DNA of 64,000 bases from an uncultured bacterium (GTDB lineage Bacteria; UBP6; UBA1177; CALOFP01): NCBI GenBank assembly GCA_942492635.1, contig CALOFP010000001.1, forward strand, positions 799,039 to 863,038, given 5' to 3'. The notes beneath the pieces were generated by a model that did no database searches, was not told the DNA's origin, and worked only from the letters and a program-made list of their open reading frames with translations. The translations under genes were made by a program, and so were the position numbers. Below, piece after piece: positions 1 to 9,545 of the stretch (the first letter of the stretch is position 1; every line of letters starts with the position of its first letter).

Positions 1-659
1 AAATCATCATTATTCTGGGAGGTTCGCTCTCACCATCGTCTATTTCGCAATCAGACGTTCTGCTTTTCCAGTACATCCACTCGTCATTTACCCACTCCGG
101 ATAACATACGATCCTCAGCAGGGACTCATCGAGAGGTTTGCTCTTTTTATAAAATTTACTCACCTTTTCATCGCATTCCCCGAAGTTGAATACAAAATCA
201 AGTGCATGCTTAGCGTACTCTCTGGGTACGAGAAGATCGATCTTTCCCATGAAATCACTGTTCCTTGAAAAACAGCTCGAAACCTTCACAAGTTCTCGCT
301 GCATAAGCTCACTGGATGTCTCCCTCACCACGCGGAGAATGTCTCCACGCATATCCCTGCAACCTCTGCATTCCGAGGCCGCCTCTTCCGTGGGAAGAAC
401 CCTTCGGGCCCATCCGTTTGCAGCACTCTCCTCTCCCGTAAAACTTACGAGCACCTTCTTGTCGTTAAGACCGAAATCAGCACCTCCCCCGATGGGTATA
501 TCCGTTTCAATTACTGTCGGCTGTTCGGCAGCCATCTCATAGAGCTCATCAACCGACGGAGATATAACATTCATCCCCGCCATGAGGGTTATAGCCATGC
601 TCTCCATTTCCGAAACAGTCCCAGAAAAATTCGATGGATCAATAAAATCTCTGGTACTC
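1..659 (-). CDS. 5' part of a minus-strand CDS that continues beyond the window start; product not recognised
   Basis: Reverse complement of 657-659 is ATG, preceded by a GGGAG RBS. The manual translation (MSTRDFIDPSNFSGTVSEME...) stays open for about 220 codons to the window edge. The listed plus-strand ORF 186..542 is its antisense. Confidence 0.5.
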
Positions 660-852
660 ATAAGTAACTCCCTTTTAATCTTCATAATTTGTTTGCAATG
701 CTCTAAACTTTATAACAAATCCTGCTTTTTTTCAATAAAATTAATGATTTTTTCTTCAATACCATGATTTTGTTTTTTTCAAGACGAAACCTTGATATTT
801 AAATGCTCAACTCTATAATTAATTAAGGTTCAACATTTTCGGAGAGTAGATA

Positions 853-1395
853 ATGAAAAAAAACCTCTTTTTCGTTCTTTTCACTGCACTCTTTCTTGCT
901 ACCAGCACCCTTTTGGGAGCGAAGGCTACAATCAGGACTGCAGACAAAACATTATCAAAAACGGATGTTATCAAAATTGAATCGGCCAGATATGACGGCA
1001 CATCCAAAAAGGAGGGTTCCTACATAAACGTGGCCCAGGGCACAAATGAATTCATGCTTCCCATGAAAAAAATCAAATCCATTGAACTGAAGACGCCAGG
1101 TGAAATTTCATGTTATGAAGATTCCAGCTTTTCTCCGATAAGAACATTCTGCACAAAGAGAAACAGATATGAAGTTACCCTCCGAAAACCCACTAAATCC
1201 AAGGCTCCCGTTGAGGTCGTCGATGATCAGGCCTTTCTTTTCACCGTTTCAGGAGAAAAGGATCCGATCAAGACGTTCTTCTACAAAATCAAGGTGAGCA
1301 ACCAGGGAAACGAGGGAAAAACAAGCCAGAAACAACTGGTTGAACAGATCGAAAAGATTGAGAAAAGGGCGATAATAAAAATAAATTTCTTATAG
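853..1395 (+). CDS. secreted hypothetical protein (N-terminal signal peptide)
   Basis: The ORF has a hydrophobic N-terminus (MKKNLFFVLFTALFLATSTLLGAKA). It lies immediately upstream of trxA and probably in the same operon. Confidence 0.5.
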   Translation: MKKNLFFVLFTALFLATSTLLGAKATIRTADKTLSKTDVIKIESARYDGTSKKEGSYINVAQGTNEFMLPMKKIKSIELKTPGEISCYEDSSFSPIRTFCTKRNRYEVTLRKPTKSKAPVEVVDDQAFLFTVSGEKDPIKTFFYKIKVSNQGNEGKTSQKQLVEQIEKIEKRAIIKINFL

Positions 1396-1404
1396 GAGAA
1401 AATC

Positions 1405-1725
1405 ATGCTTAATCTTAACAAATCAAACTTCACAAACGAAGTAAAAGATTTTGAGGGTGTTGTAATCGTAGACTTCTGGGCACCATGGTGCGGACCTTGC
1501 CGTATGGTGGGACCTATCTTTGAAGAACTCGCAGGAGAGTATGAAGGCGAAACAAATGTAAAATTTGCAAAGGTCAACACTGATGACGAGCAGGATCTTG
1601 CAAGCCAGTTCGGAATTCGCGGAATTCCCACTGTAAAAATCTTCAAAAACGGATCTGAAGTAGAACAGTTTGTCGGCGCCGCTCCAAAAGATGTCTACAA
1701 GGATCTCGTAGAAAAACATCGCTAG
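1405..1725 (+). CDS. trxA: thioredoxin
   Basis: It has the WCGPC active-site motif, is 106 aa long and has the canonical thioredoxin C-terminal region ([14 protein letters not shown]). An AGGAG RBS is present. Confidence 0.92.
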   Translation: MLNLNKSNFTNEVKDFEGVVIVDFWAPWCGPCRMVGPIFEELAGEYEGETNVKFAKVNTDDEQDLASQFGIRGIPTVKIFKNGSEVEQFVGAAPKDVYKDLVEKHR

Positions 1726-1877
1726 AAGATATTATCTACAATAATTTCAGTATTTTTTTACCACCGAAATAGATTTCCTCTTAACAATTCAATTTCTAAT
1801 TGTCAGAATTTTCAGATGTAATTCTTTTTGTAAGCAAAAATGAAGCTGAACTTGTGTGATTTTCGGAACTCTTTACT

Positions 1878-2918
1878 TTATCGAATCAGCATGCAATCGC
1901 CGTAACTGTAGAAGCGATACTTTTCCTTCACGGCCTCTTTGTAGGCGCTCATTACGAAGTCGTATCCGGCAAATGCAGAGATCATCATTATGAGAGTGGA
2001 TTTCGGAAGGTGAAAATTGGTTAGAATGGAGTCCACAAAGCGGTAGTTGTAGCCGGGATAGATGAATATGGATGAATCCGCCTCTCCTGCCGCCAGAGTT
2101 CCATCCTCTCTTGCAGCCGTCTCAAGGGCCCTGACCGTAGTGGTCCCCACGGCGACGATTTTCCTTCCCTCCCGCTTATCCCTGTTGAGCCTTTCTGCGA
2201 CATCCTCGGGAATTGAAAAGCGCTCGGAATGCATTTTATGTTCTTCGAGCTTTTCACTTTTCACCGGAAGAAAAGTGCCGAGTCCCACATGAAGCGACAC
2301 GAACTCTACACGGCCTGAGAGTTTCTCTCGCAACTTGTCCATGGTTTCATCGCTGAAATGAAGTCCCGCTGTCGGCGCGGCTACCGATCCCGTATTCTGA
2401 GCGTAAACTGTCTGATAATCGCGTCGATCCTCTTCCCGACATCGCTTCTCGCCTCTCTTTTTGAGGATATAGGGAGGAAGGGGAACATCTCCATGAGTTT
2501 CAAGAAATGAGTAGAGATCATTTCCCTCTGCGGAAAAACAAATGTTATACAGACCTTCGGAACGGGAGACAACTGTCGCTTCCATTCCGCCGTCGATCGA
2601 TACGCTTTCTCCAGATTTCAGAGGCTTCGATGAACGCCCCATGGCCTCCCACGATCCGTCGGGAAACTCTTTTACAAGCAGAAATTCGACTTTTCCACCG
2701 CTGCTTTTTGTTCCGAAAAGGCGTGCAGGGATAACTTTAGATGCGTTAAAAACAACTGTGCAGTTTTCATCTATAGAATCGACAAAGTCCCGGAATTTTG
2801 AGTGAGTGATTTTTTCACTATCCCGGTCGAGAATCATCATTCTCGAACTTCCTCTGGGAAGAAAAGTGTCTGCAATAAGTTCTTCTGGAAGATGGTAGTC
2901 AAAAGCGTTTACGTCCAT
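1878..2918 (-). CDS. queA: S-adenosylmethionine:tRNA ribosyltransferase-isomerase
   Basis: It carries the QueA hallmarks: N-terminal FDYxLPxELIA, VIPARL, HVGLGTF and VVAVGTTTVRALE. The length is 346 aa. Confidence 0.9.
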   Translation of the reverse strand: MDVNAFDYHLPEELIADTFLPRGSSRMMILDRDSEKITHSKFRDFVDSIDENCTVVFNASKVIPARLFGTKSSGGKVEFLLVKEFPDGSWEAMGRSSKPLKSGESVSIDGGMEATVVSRSEGLYNICFSAEGNDLYSFLETHGDVPLPPYILKKRGEKRCREEDRRDYQTVYAQNTGSVAAPTAGLHFSDETMDKLREKLSGRVEFVSLHVGLGTFLPVKSEKLEEHKMHSERFSIPEDVAERLNRDKREGRKIVAVGTTTVRALETAAREDGTLAAGEADSSIFIYPGYNYRFVDSILTNFHLPKSTLIMMISAFAGYDFVMSAYKEAVKEKYRFYSYGDCMLIR

Positions 2919-2919
2919 A

Positions 2920-4125
2920 TCAGTATATCTTCTTTATCTCAATGTTTTTAAAATAGTAACTAATAATATCCCTGTATTTCATTCCTTTTTTTGCCATTTC
3001 GGCCATTCCCCACTGGCAACATCCTACACCGTGACCGGCCCCACGGCCTCTAAAGATAAAGTTTTTTCCGTCTTTGTCAACCGTAAAGCTGTTCGACCAC
3101 ACAACCGAGTAACCGACATAACGGCGAAAATGGTCCACCTTCATTTTTATGCCGTCTACATCTACATGCGTTACCCGATCTCCTTTTCTTCTAACCGAAA
3201 TTGTTCGGATTCGTGATACCTTGATTCCGTTTTTGCGCAATCTTTTACCCATCTGATCAGAGGAAAGAACTCTCTTCCATCGATACAGAGAACTCTTTCT
3301 GCAGTACGGACAGGAAACGGATTTCAGATAGGGAACATCCTTACCCCAGACATTACTGCTTGATGCGGTTTCTCCTCCGCACGTTGAATGAAAGAAAATC
3401 TGCGCCGGCATGTTTCCGTAACTGATTATCTCTCCGCTTGTGGCCGCTACAGCATCGTTGGCGGACATATCCTCTTTGGAAAGACCTCCGTAAACCTGAT
3501 CCAGAACTGTTGGTGAAAGGTCGTAAATGTCACTTCTTCTGTTATAAATCTTCTGGTAAACCGCATATGTCCTTGCAAGCACGGCCTGGACCTTCTTCGC
3601 CTCCAGAGACCAGGATGAAAGAATCTCCTTGTTTATAACACCTTTCACATAGTCATCAAGCGGAAGTTCGTTAACAACCGTTAATTGGCCGTTTATATTG
3701 TAGATATCAAAATTTCCGCGGAAAATTTTCGATCCGATTGAGAGAAATGAGAATTTCGGATGAACTTTCAGATGCCTGGAAGTATATGTTTCGCTGCCGA
3801 TTCGAACACCGGATGAGCCGACCGGTCTGACGTCGAAACGTCCCTGTATCGATCCCACCTTCTCTTGATTCTCATTTCTTATCTCGGCATCTCCCTCAAG
3901 CAGAATTCTTTCAACTGAGATGACAATCCCTATTCGGATGTGAGAATCAAATCCGCCTTTGGGAGTGTCTCCCCCCAAAATTTTATGTGCAACGGCACAA
4001 AAACACTCTGCTGTTGAAAATAAAATTAAGAAACTAATCCAGAATTTTAACAACAAACCAGTCGCGCTTTCCGAAATGATCTTTGGCGACTTTCTCGGCC
4101 GTTCCTTTATCATCAAATTTGCCAT
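2920..4125 (-). CDS. SpoIID/LytB domain protein (amidase enhancer / lytic transglycosylase family)
   Basis: The SpoIID domain signature is present (VLARTYAVY...HSTCGGET...PYL). The start is uncertain because the ORF overlaps the 3' end of the upstream rlpA-like gene. Confidence 0.8.
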   Translation of the reverse strand: MANLMIKERPRKSPKIISESATGLLLKFWISFLILFSTAECFCAVAHKILGGDTPKGGFDSHIRIGIVISVERILLEGDAEIRNENQEKVGSIQGRFDVRPVGSSGVRIGSETYTSRHLKVHPKFSFLSIGSKIFRGNFDIYNINGQLTVVNELPLDDYVKGVINKEILSSWSLEAKKVQAVLARTYAVYQKIYNRRSDIYDLSPTVLDQVYGGLSKEDMSANDAVAATSGEIISYGNMPAQIFFHSTCGGETASSSNVWGKDVPYLKSVSCPYCRKSSLYRWKRVLSSDQMGKRLRKNGIKVSRIRTISVRRKGDRVTHVDVDGIKMKVDHFRRYVGYSVVWSNSFTVDKDGKNFIFRGRGAGHGVGCCQWGMAEMAKKGMKYRDIISYYFKNIEIKKIY

Positions 4126-4678
4126 ATCTAACCTTGAAAAAAGATTCCTGACCTTCCTGTCGATATATGTAGAGACCTTTCAGGACAAGTGAATCCATTA
4201 ATTTTTTCGCATCATCCAGGGTTTTAAAAACACCAAGCTGCACGGTATAGAAAACTTCAGATTCTGAATCTTCATCCAGAAGTTCGTTGTCTCCTCTCAA
4301 TCCGACCACCCTGATTCTTACCGGAATTCTACCTACACTCTTTCGGGCAATCTTTGAGAATGCAGCCTCTGAAAGATCGATTACATTTCTCCCTGGCCTA
4401 TCGGTTACTCTCACCCTGGTCTTCTTTCCATCATTGAGATTGGTTACCTCGAGTATGGTTCCGAAAGGAAAAGAGTAGATTGCGCAGGTATCTTCATTCT
4501 TGTCAAAAAATTCACCGGATGAGGTTTTTCGCCCGTGAAACTGACCACCGTAATAGGTTGCCTGTATGTAGTAGCTGTCGCCTCTGGAAACCGGTCTATG
4601 GATTTTCGTCTGCATACAGGAGGTCACCATGACAGCAAAAAGAGTTGTCAACAGATTAAGCTTTTTCAGTTTCCTCAT
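4034..4678 (-). CDS. rlpA: RlpA-like lipoprotein: DPBB (lytic transglycosylase-like) domain plus C-terminal SPOR domain
   Basis: The RlpA double-psi beta-barrel region (YYIQATYYGGQFHGRKTSSGE...RVTDRPG) is followed by a SPOR-like C-terminus (YTVQLGVF...YRVRYGKF). The start is placed at the internal Met that gives a lipoprotein signal (MRKLKKLNLLTTLFAVMVTSC). Confidence 0.75.
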   Translation of the reverse strand: MRKLKKLNLLTTLFAVMVTSCMQTKIHRPVSRGDSYYIQATYYGGQFHGRKTSSGEFFDKNEDTCAIYSFPFGTILEVTNLNDGKKTRVRVTDRPGRNVIDLSEAAFSKIARKSVGRIPVRIRVVGLRGDNELLDEDSESEVFYTVQLGVFKTLDDAKKLMDSLVLKGLYIYRQEGQESFFKVRYGKFDDKGTAEKVAKDHFGKRDWFVVKILD

Positions 4679-6821
4679 TTTCACCGTAGTATCGATATTG
4701 GTATTGGTAGTAGTACGATCCATATTTGCTGCCGGTCTTCATTTCAACGTTGTTGACGACTGTTCCGAATATTGAAATTGATGGATTCGAAAGCAGTCTA
4801 AGCCCCCTCTTCAAAATATCCCTGGAGATCTGTTTAATTTTTACTACGAGAATTATTCCATCCACAAGCGGTGAAATTGCCGCAGCGTCGGAAACAGCAA
4901 CAATCGGCGGTGAATCGAAAATCACCATGTCGTACTTATCCTTAAGTTTTGCAACCATGTCCTTGAACTTGTTGGATTCAATCATCTCAGCGGGATTTGG
5001 AGGAATCGGGCCGCAAAAAAGAGCGTCAAGATCGCCGTAAACGTTTTTCTGAATAACTTCATCCAGCCCCTTTTCGTCAAGCATGAAGTTGGAAATTCCC
5101 AATGTGTTGGGCTTTCCGAACAGCTTGTGAACTCTCGGCTTTCTCATATCCGTGTCAACCAGGAGAACCTTTCGGCCTGCCATAGACATACTAACTGCAA
5201 GATTTGACGAGACAGTTGTTTTTCCCTCCTGGGAAGCGGAACTCGTTATCAACAGGGACTTAATATTTCCATCGGGATAGGAAAGCCTGACGTTGGTACG
5301 AATGGTTCGAAGGGACTCTACAGCAGGAGAGTGCATGCTTCCTTCAAAGGCAATCTCCCTGATCTTTGCATCGTCAGGCACTGAAAAGCGAGGAAACACT
5401 CCGAGAACAGGCTTGTTTATAATACCTTCGAGTTCGTCAACATCCCTGATTCTCGTATCGAAGAACTCAACGACAATTACAGCAACGATACTCAAGAGTG
5501 TCGCAATTATAAGCGAGATCAGAACAGTTACCCGTACTCTCGGCTTTATGGGGGCTACGGGAGTGAGAGCCCTGTCTATGACACGAATGTTGTTTGATTT
5601 AAGCAGTGCGGTAAGATCAGCCTGCTTTGTCCTCTCAAGAACTATATCGTAAAGTCTTTTATTGGTTTCAACATCCCTTTTCAACTTGTTGTAATCGATC
5701 TCAAGTCTATTCAATGCAATCGCGTTCGACTGGGCCTCCCTGAGCATTTTCTTTAGATTTTTAATCTCCCTCCCGAGAGTTTTCTTCTCCAGCCGATATC
5801 CGCTGACTATCCCCTTCACCTCGGTCAGGATTACCTTTTCAATTTTTCCAAGCTTCTCCCTCAATAATTTGACTTCCGGATGTTTCTCACCATAAAATTG
5901 GAGCTTTTCCGTCAACTTGGATTGGATATCAAGATACTGCATCTTCAACGAGTGAAGCATCGACGTTGATGAACCGGCATTTTTCTTGAATATTTTCTCA
6001 TCTGAAGAAAAAACGGATTGAAAACTTTCCGTATCAATTCCATCGAGCTCATCAATCTTTGCTGAAAGGGACTTCTCGTAAAGCAATTTTTCAGTCAGCT
6101 TCCCGTACACCCCGAAGATTCTTTCTGAAAGCATCCGCTGCTTTTCTTCAAAGGTAGTGGCAAGAACCTCGTTTTCCTGCTTGAAGTTATAGAGAGAAAA
6201 CTCGGATGTTTCAAGCTGTCCCTTGAGGTTGAGACTTTGTTCGGAAAGCCACTTTGCCGCATCTTTGGTAGCCGTAAACTTCTTCTCCATATTGAAATCG
6301 ATATAGGCGTCAACAACAGCATTTGCGAGAAAAGATGCCGTTTCTGCGCTTCCATCGGAAACACTGATCTTAACAATATTGCTGTTCTTTTTGGGAACTA
6401 CAGAGATCTTTCCCTGAATTATGGAAACGAGATCCATCTCCTTCTTTTCCCCGCCTTTGTCCGATCTCTCTTCATTCCGTTTCGGAACAAGCGAGTTCAG
6501 CACGGCACCCGGACCGAGATTTTCGACAACCTTCGAACTGACGGTACGACTCTTGATTATTTCGTACTGGGTGGTGTAGTACTCTCTGTTGATCCAGTAG
6601 TAACCCGCCGACTCGTTTGCAACGTCTTCAACGTTTCTACCGAGAACGTTTGCGGAATGGGGGGCAATTTCAATTGTAGCGGTAGCCTGATAAACCCTCT
6701 TTGCCTTGACGAGATATGCAGCAGCTACCGTATTTACGAGAATGAATACAGCAATAAAGAGATATATGTGCTTTCTCAGAATTCTGTAGAAAAATTGAAA
6801 ATCAAATTCTTTATCAAACAT
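4656..6821 (-). CDS. polysaccharide biosynthesis tyrosine autokinase / chain-length determinant (Wzc/BY-kinase family)
   Basis: There is an N-terminal TM segment, a long coiled-coil periplasmic region, a second TM segment and a cytoplasmic P-loop (SSASQEGKTTVSSNLA). A Tyr-rich C-terminal tail (YGSYYYQYQYRYYG) completes the BY-kinase pattern. Confidence 0.85.
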   Translation of the reverse strand: MFDKEFDFQFFYRILRKHIYLFIAVFILVNTVAAAYLVKAKRVYQATATIEIAPHSANVLGRNVEDVANESAGYYWINREYYTTQYEIIKSRTVSSKVVENLGPGAVLNSLVPKRNEERSDKGGEKKEMDLVSIIQGKISVVPKKNSNIVKISVSDGSAETASFLANAVVDAYIDFNMEKKFTATKDAAKWLSEQSLNLKGQLETSEFSLYNFKQENEVLATTFEEKQRMLSERIFGVYGKLTEKLLYEKSLSAKIDELDGIDTESFQSVFSSDEKIFKKNAGSSTSMLHSLKMQYLDIQSKLTEKLQFYGEKHPEVKLLREKLGKIEKVILTEVKGIVSGYRLEKKTLGREIKNLKKMLREAQSNAIALNRLEIDYNKLKRDVETNKRLYDIVLERTKQADLTALLKSNNIRVIDRALTPVAPIKPRVRVTVLISLIIATLLSIVAVIVVEFFDTRIRDVDELEGIINKPVLGVFPRFSVPDDAKIREIAFEGSMHSPAVESLRTIRTNVRLSYPDGNIKSLLITSSASQEGKTTVSSNLAVSMSMAGRKVLLVDTDMRKPRVHKLFGKPNTLGISNFMLDEKGLDEVIQKNVYGDLDALFCGPIPPNPAEMIESNKFKDMVAKLKDKYDMVIFDSPPIVAVSDAAAISPLVDGIILVVKIKQISRDILKRGLRLLSNPSISIFGTVVNNVEMKTGSKYGSYYYQYQYRYYGENEETEKA

Positions 6822-7462
6822 TAGAAAAACCTTTCCGGTACATAGATTACATCCCCTGCGATTAACGGAAATCGCTTCCTTTTACCCTTGACGATACTGT
6901 CTATATTGATTGTTATACGCTTTTCCCTGGTTCCATTTAATTTCCTTGTCAATATTACATTTTTCTTATCCGCAATCCGTGTAAATCCACCGGCTAGAGA
7001 GACTGCTTCCACAACTGACAGAGTGTCCTTGATTACATATCGACCAGCATTCTTGACTTCACCCAAAACGTAGACCCCCTTACTCCTGAAATCTTTTACA
7101 AGAACAGTGACCTGAGGATTTTTAATAAAGCCATCCAGAAGAGAGTTCTCAATTTTCTTGGCAAGCTGGAAATTGTTCAGACCGAGAACGGAAATATCGC
7201 CTATTAGAGGCAGCGTTACCATTCCCTCGGGACTTACCTGGTACTCTCCGCTGATCTCCTTTTCACCGTAGACATCAACTTTCAGGATATCTCCTGAACC
7301 GATTATAAAACCGGATGAAATCATCCTGTTCAGTTCGCTTGTAATTTTCACATTTCTTTTCTCTTCATCACTCTTTACTGTCTCTGTCTTTTTCCCAAAT
7401 TGCAGTGTACAGGAAAGAAACCCGAAGATAGAAATAGAAAAGATCAAAAACGCTTTTTTCAT
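6821..7462 (-). CDS. short outer-membrane polysaccharide export (OPX, Wza-like) protein
   Basis: It has the Poly_export motif (PEGMVTLPLIGDISVLG) and one SLBB-like region. A lipoprotein-like start (MKKAFLIFSISIFGFLSC) is used. It is too short to carry the C-terminal OM-spanning helix of classical Wza. Confidence 0.75.
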   Translation of the reverse strand: MKKAFLIFSISIFGFLSCTLQFGKKTETVKSDEEKRNVKITSELNRMISSGFIIGSGDILKVDVYGEKEISGEYQVSPEGMVTLPLIGDISVLGLNNFQLAKKIENSLLDGFIKNPQVTVLVKDFRSKGVYVLGEVKNAGRYVIKDTLSVVEAVSLAGGFTRIADKKNVILTRKLNGTREKRITINIDSIVKGKRKRFPLIAGDVIYVPERFF

Positions 7463-7493
7463 AAAAGTTTTCCTTTGATTTTCATAAGAGAAT

Positions 7494-8777
7494 TTAGTAG
7501 TCGACAACAATTGAGAGCATGGAACTATGAGTTGTGTAATCGTAAAAGACCTCACCGATTTTTTGCTGATCTCCATCCAAGAGCACTGTGGAATGATCGG
7601 TATCTCTCATTTCAAATGAATAGTTAAGAGCTAGACCCAACCAGTTGGTTATGTTGTATGCAATGTTTGGTGAGACTTTATAGAGAATATCATCTCTTGT
7701 CTTGCCACTCTGTTCGTCTGTCACATTTTCACCGAAAGCAAGAAATCTGACATTTCCTTTAAGAGAAAGAAGAAGCTTCTTTCCCAAAAGTTTATACCAC
7801 ACACCGGCATAGATCTTATCCTGACGGTAATACTGATAGTCCGAAGACGGAGTGTAGTTTCTCAAATATCCGAGTTTTGCAATCAGCATTTCCGAATGCT
7901 TGTAAACAACTTCTGCGCCTGCGGTTACATCCTGTTTTTCGGTGAAGGAGAAGGTGTTCACATAACCGGTGCTTAATTTGAGCGAAAACTTTGGGGTTAT
8001 CTGACCTATGATACCTCCGAAGATATTGAGAGGAAGGGAGTTCTGACGGTCTCTTTCATCTCCTGAGTTATAATAATCCTGAAAAACAACAGAAGTGTTC
8101 AGAAAAAGGGCTGTTTTCGGGAAAAACTTCCACTTTGCATACAAATTCCCTCGATATGAAAGATAGTTCTGATCACCGTAAATATCCTGCTCATAGTAGT
8201 TTAGAGAGACTCCTGCACTCAACTTAAGAAGAAGAGTTTCAGCAGGAGTAACCATAAAACCGGAAAGCTCAAATGTCTCCATTAAGTTGGCAGTCAGACC
8301 TGTGATGTTCTGACTTTCTGGAGATGAGTTCCTGGTAAATCTGTTTGAGAATTTGAATCGAAAAAAGGACTCCTTATTAAAAAGTCCGTCAACTTTTGAA
8401 TTTATGTGAAGTGTGGAGAGATTTTCTGTCGTATCCTTCTCCTCAAGCCCAGTATAGAGATTGTAGTCCATCATTACGGAAATTCCCAGCGCCTTATCCC
8501 TGTCATCCATCAGAAACTTCAATCCAGGTGAAATATGAAAAATTATATCGGACACGGATTTCTGCTTGATACCGGACCCATCGGTTTCACTTAGAAAATA
8601 GGTCCTATCGGAACTTCTTGCAACATTCGACATGTATTCGGGTGCGAGAGATAGGTAAACATCCAACCTGGAATTATCGGATAACCTGAAACCTTTCTGT
8701 TCTTCACCGTAAACCGCACCGATTGTAACAAAAATAATCAATATAGAAACTAGACACAATACCACACTCTTCATCAT
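7494..8777 (-). CDS. outer-membrane beta-barrel protein, likely partner of the short OPX
   Basis: It has a signal peptide and alternating amphipathic beta-strand-like segments. The C-terminus ends in an aromatic residue (VVDY). It lies directly upstream of the OPX and BY-kinase genes. Confidence 0.55.
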   Translation of the reverse strand: MMKSVVLCLVSILIIFVTIGAVYGEEQKGFRLSDNSRLDVYLSLAPEYMSNVARSSDRTYFLSETDGSGIKQKSVSDIIFHISPGLKFLMDDRDKALGISVMMDYNLYTGLEEKDTTENLSTLHINSKVDGLFNKESFFRFKFSNRFTRNSSPESQNITGLTANLMETFELSGFMVTPAETLLLKLSAGVSLNYYEQDIYGDQNYLSYRGNLYAKWKFFPKTALFLNTSVVFQDYYNSGDERDRQNSLPLNIFGGIIGQITPKFSLKLSTGYVNTFSFTEKQDVTAGAEVVYKHSEMLIAKLGYLRNYTPSSDYQYYRQDKIYAGVWYKLLGKKLLLSLKGNVRFLAFGENVTDEQSGKTRDDILYKVSPNIAYNITNWLGLALNYSFEMRDTDHSTVLLDGDQQKIGEVFYDYTTHSSMLSIVVDY

Positions 8778-8799
8778 ACAGCCTCAAACCCCATATAAA

Positions 8800-9507
8800 T
8801 CAGGTTTCTCTACTGACCACAACATCTGGAGGAGTTGTGACTTCGGTTTCTTTCTCCTCATTATCCTCAGATATGCCCCCTTCACTCTCCGGAGTGTCGG
8901 TAGGTCCCCCTATCTGATCCGTACCTCCTGCATCGGCAGTATCATCTACAGCAGTACTTTCCTGCCCCTTCTCTGTAAGAAAATCATCGGAAAAGCCCTG
9001 TCCCATAGCTTCATTGACGTTTCCTTCTTCACCAAAGGTTCCGGTTTCTTCTTTATTTTCAGATAGTTCTACCGTAGTGCGCTCACTTGTTCTTGCGACC
9101 TGCTTCTGACAAGCATAGGCTTCCGTCAAATACTTCTCGGCAGAATCCGAAAGCCCCCTGATAAGAATGAATTGACTTCTGGCGGCATCAACCCTATCAA
9201 TATTCAAAAGATCAATCATCCTGTACCTTGCTGAAGTAACACTTGCAACTATACCCTTGAGACTTACAAGAACATCATCAAGACACACTTTCCACTTTAT
9301 GTCCTTATCCCTGACTGCCTCCCTATTCATCTCCTCAACTCTTTTCTCGATTTTCTGGACGCTCTTCAGGAGTTCAAGAGTCTCCGTCTTCATCTGTGTT
9401 GCGGAGATTTTCTCTGTTCCAGACTCCTCCTCTGCGCTAACCTCTGCAAAAGAGAGGAAGAGAATAGATATCAAAAATAATACGACTTTTGATTTCCCGA
9501 CTCTCAT
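8800..9507 (-). CDS. secreted hypothetical protein with acidic C-terminal tail
   Basis: The ORF has a signal peptide (MRVGKSKVVLFLISILFLSFAEVSA) and no recognised domain. Confidence 0.4.
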   Translation of the reverse strand: MRVGKSKVVLFLISILFLSFAEVSAEEESGTEKISATQMKTETLELLKSVQKIEKRVEEMNREAVRDKDIKWKVCLDDVLVSLKGIVASVTSARYRMIDLLNIDRVDAARSQFILIRGLSDSAEKYLTEAYACQKQVARTSERTTVELSENKEETGTFGEEGNVNEAMGQGFSDDFLTEKGQESTAVDDTADAGGTDQIGGPTDTPESEGGISEDNEEKETEVTTPPDVVVSRET

Positions 9508-9545
9508 TTCCACCTCCTCCTTCAAAGTCCGACCATAGCACTATA

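Noticed and set aside
186-542. Plus-strand ORF of 118 aa
   Set aside because: It lies antisense within a much longer, better-supported minus-strand CDS (1-659) that has an RBS. Its composition is typical of a shadow frame.
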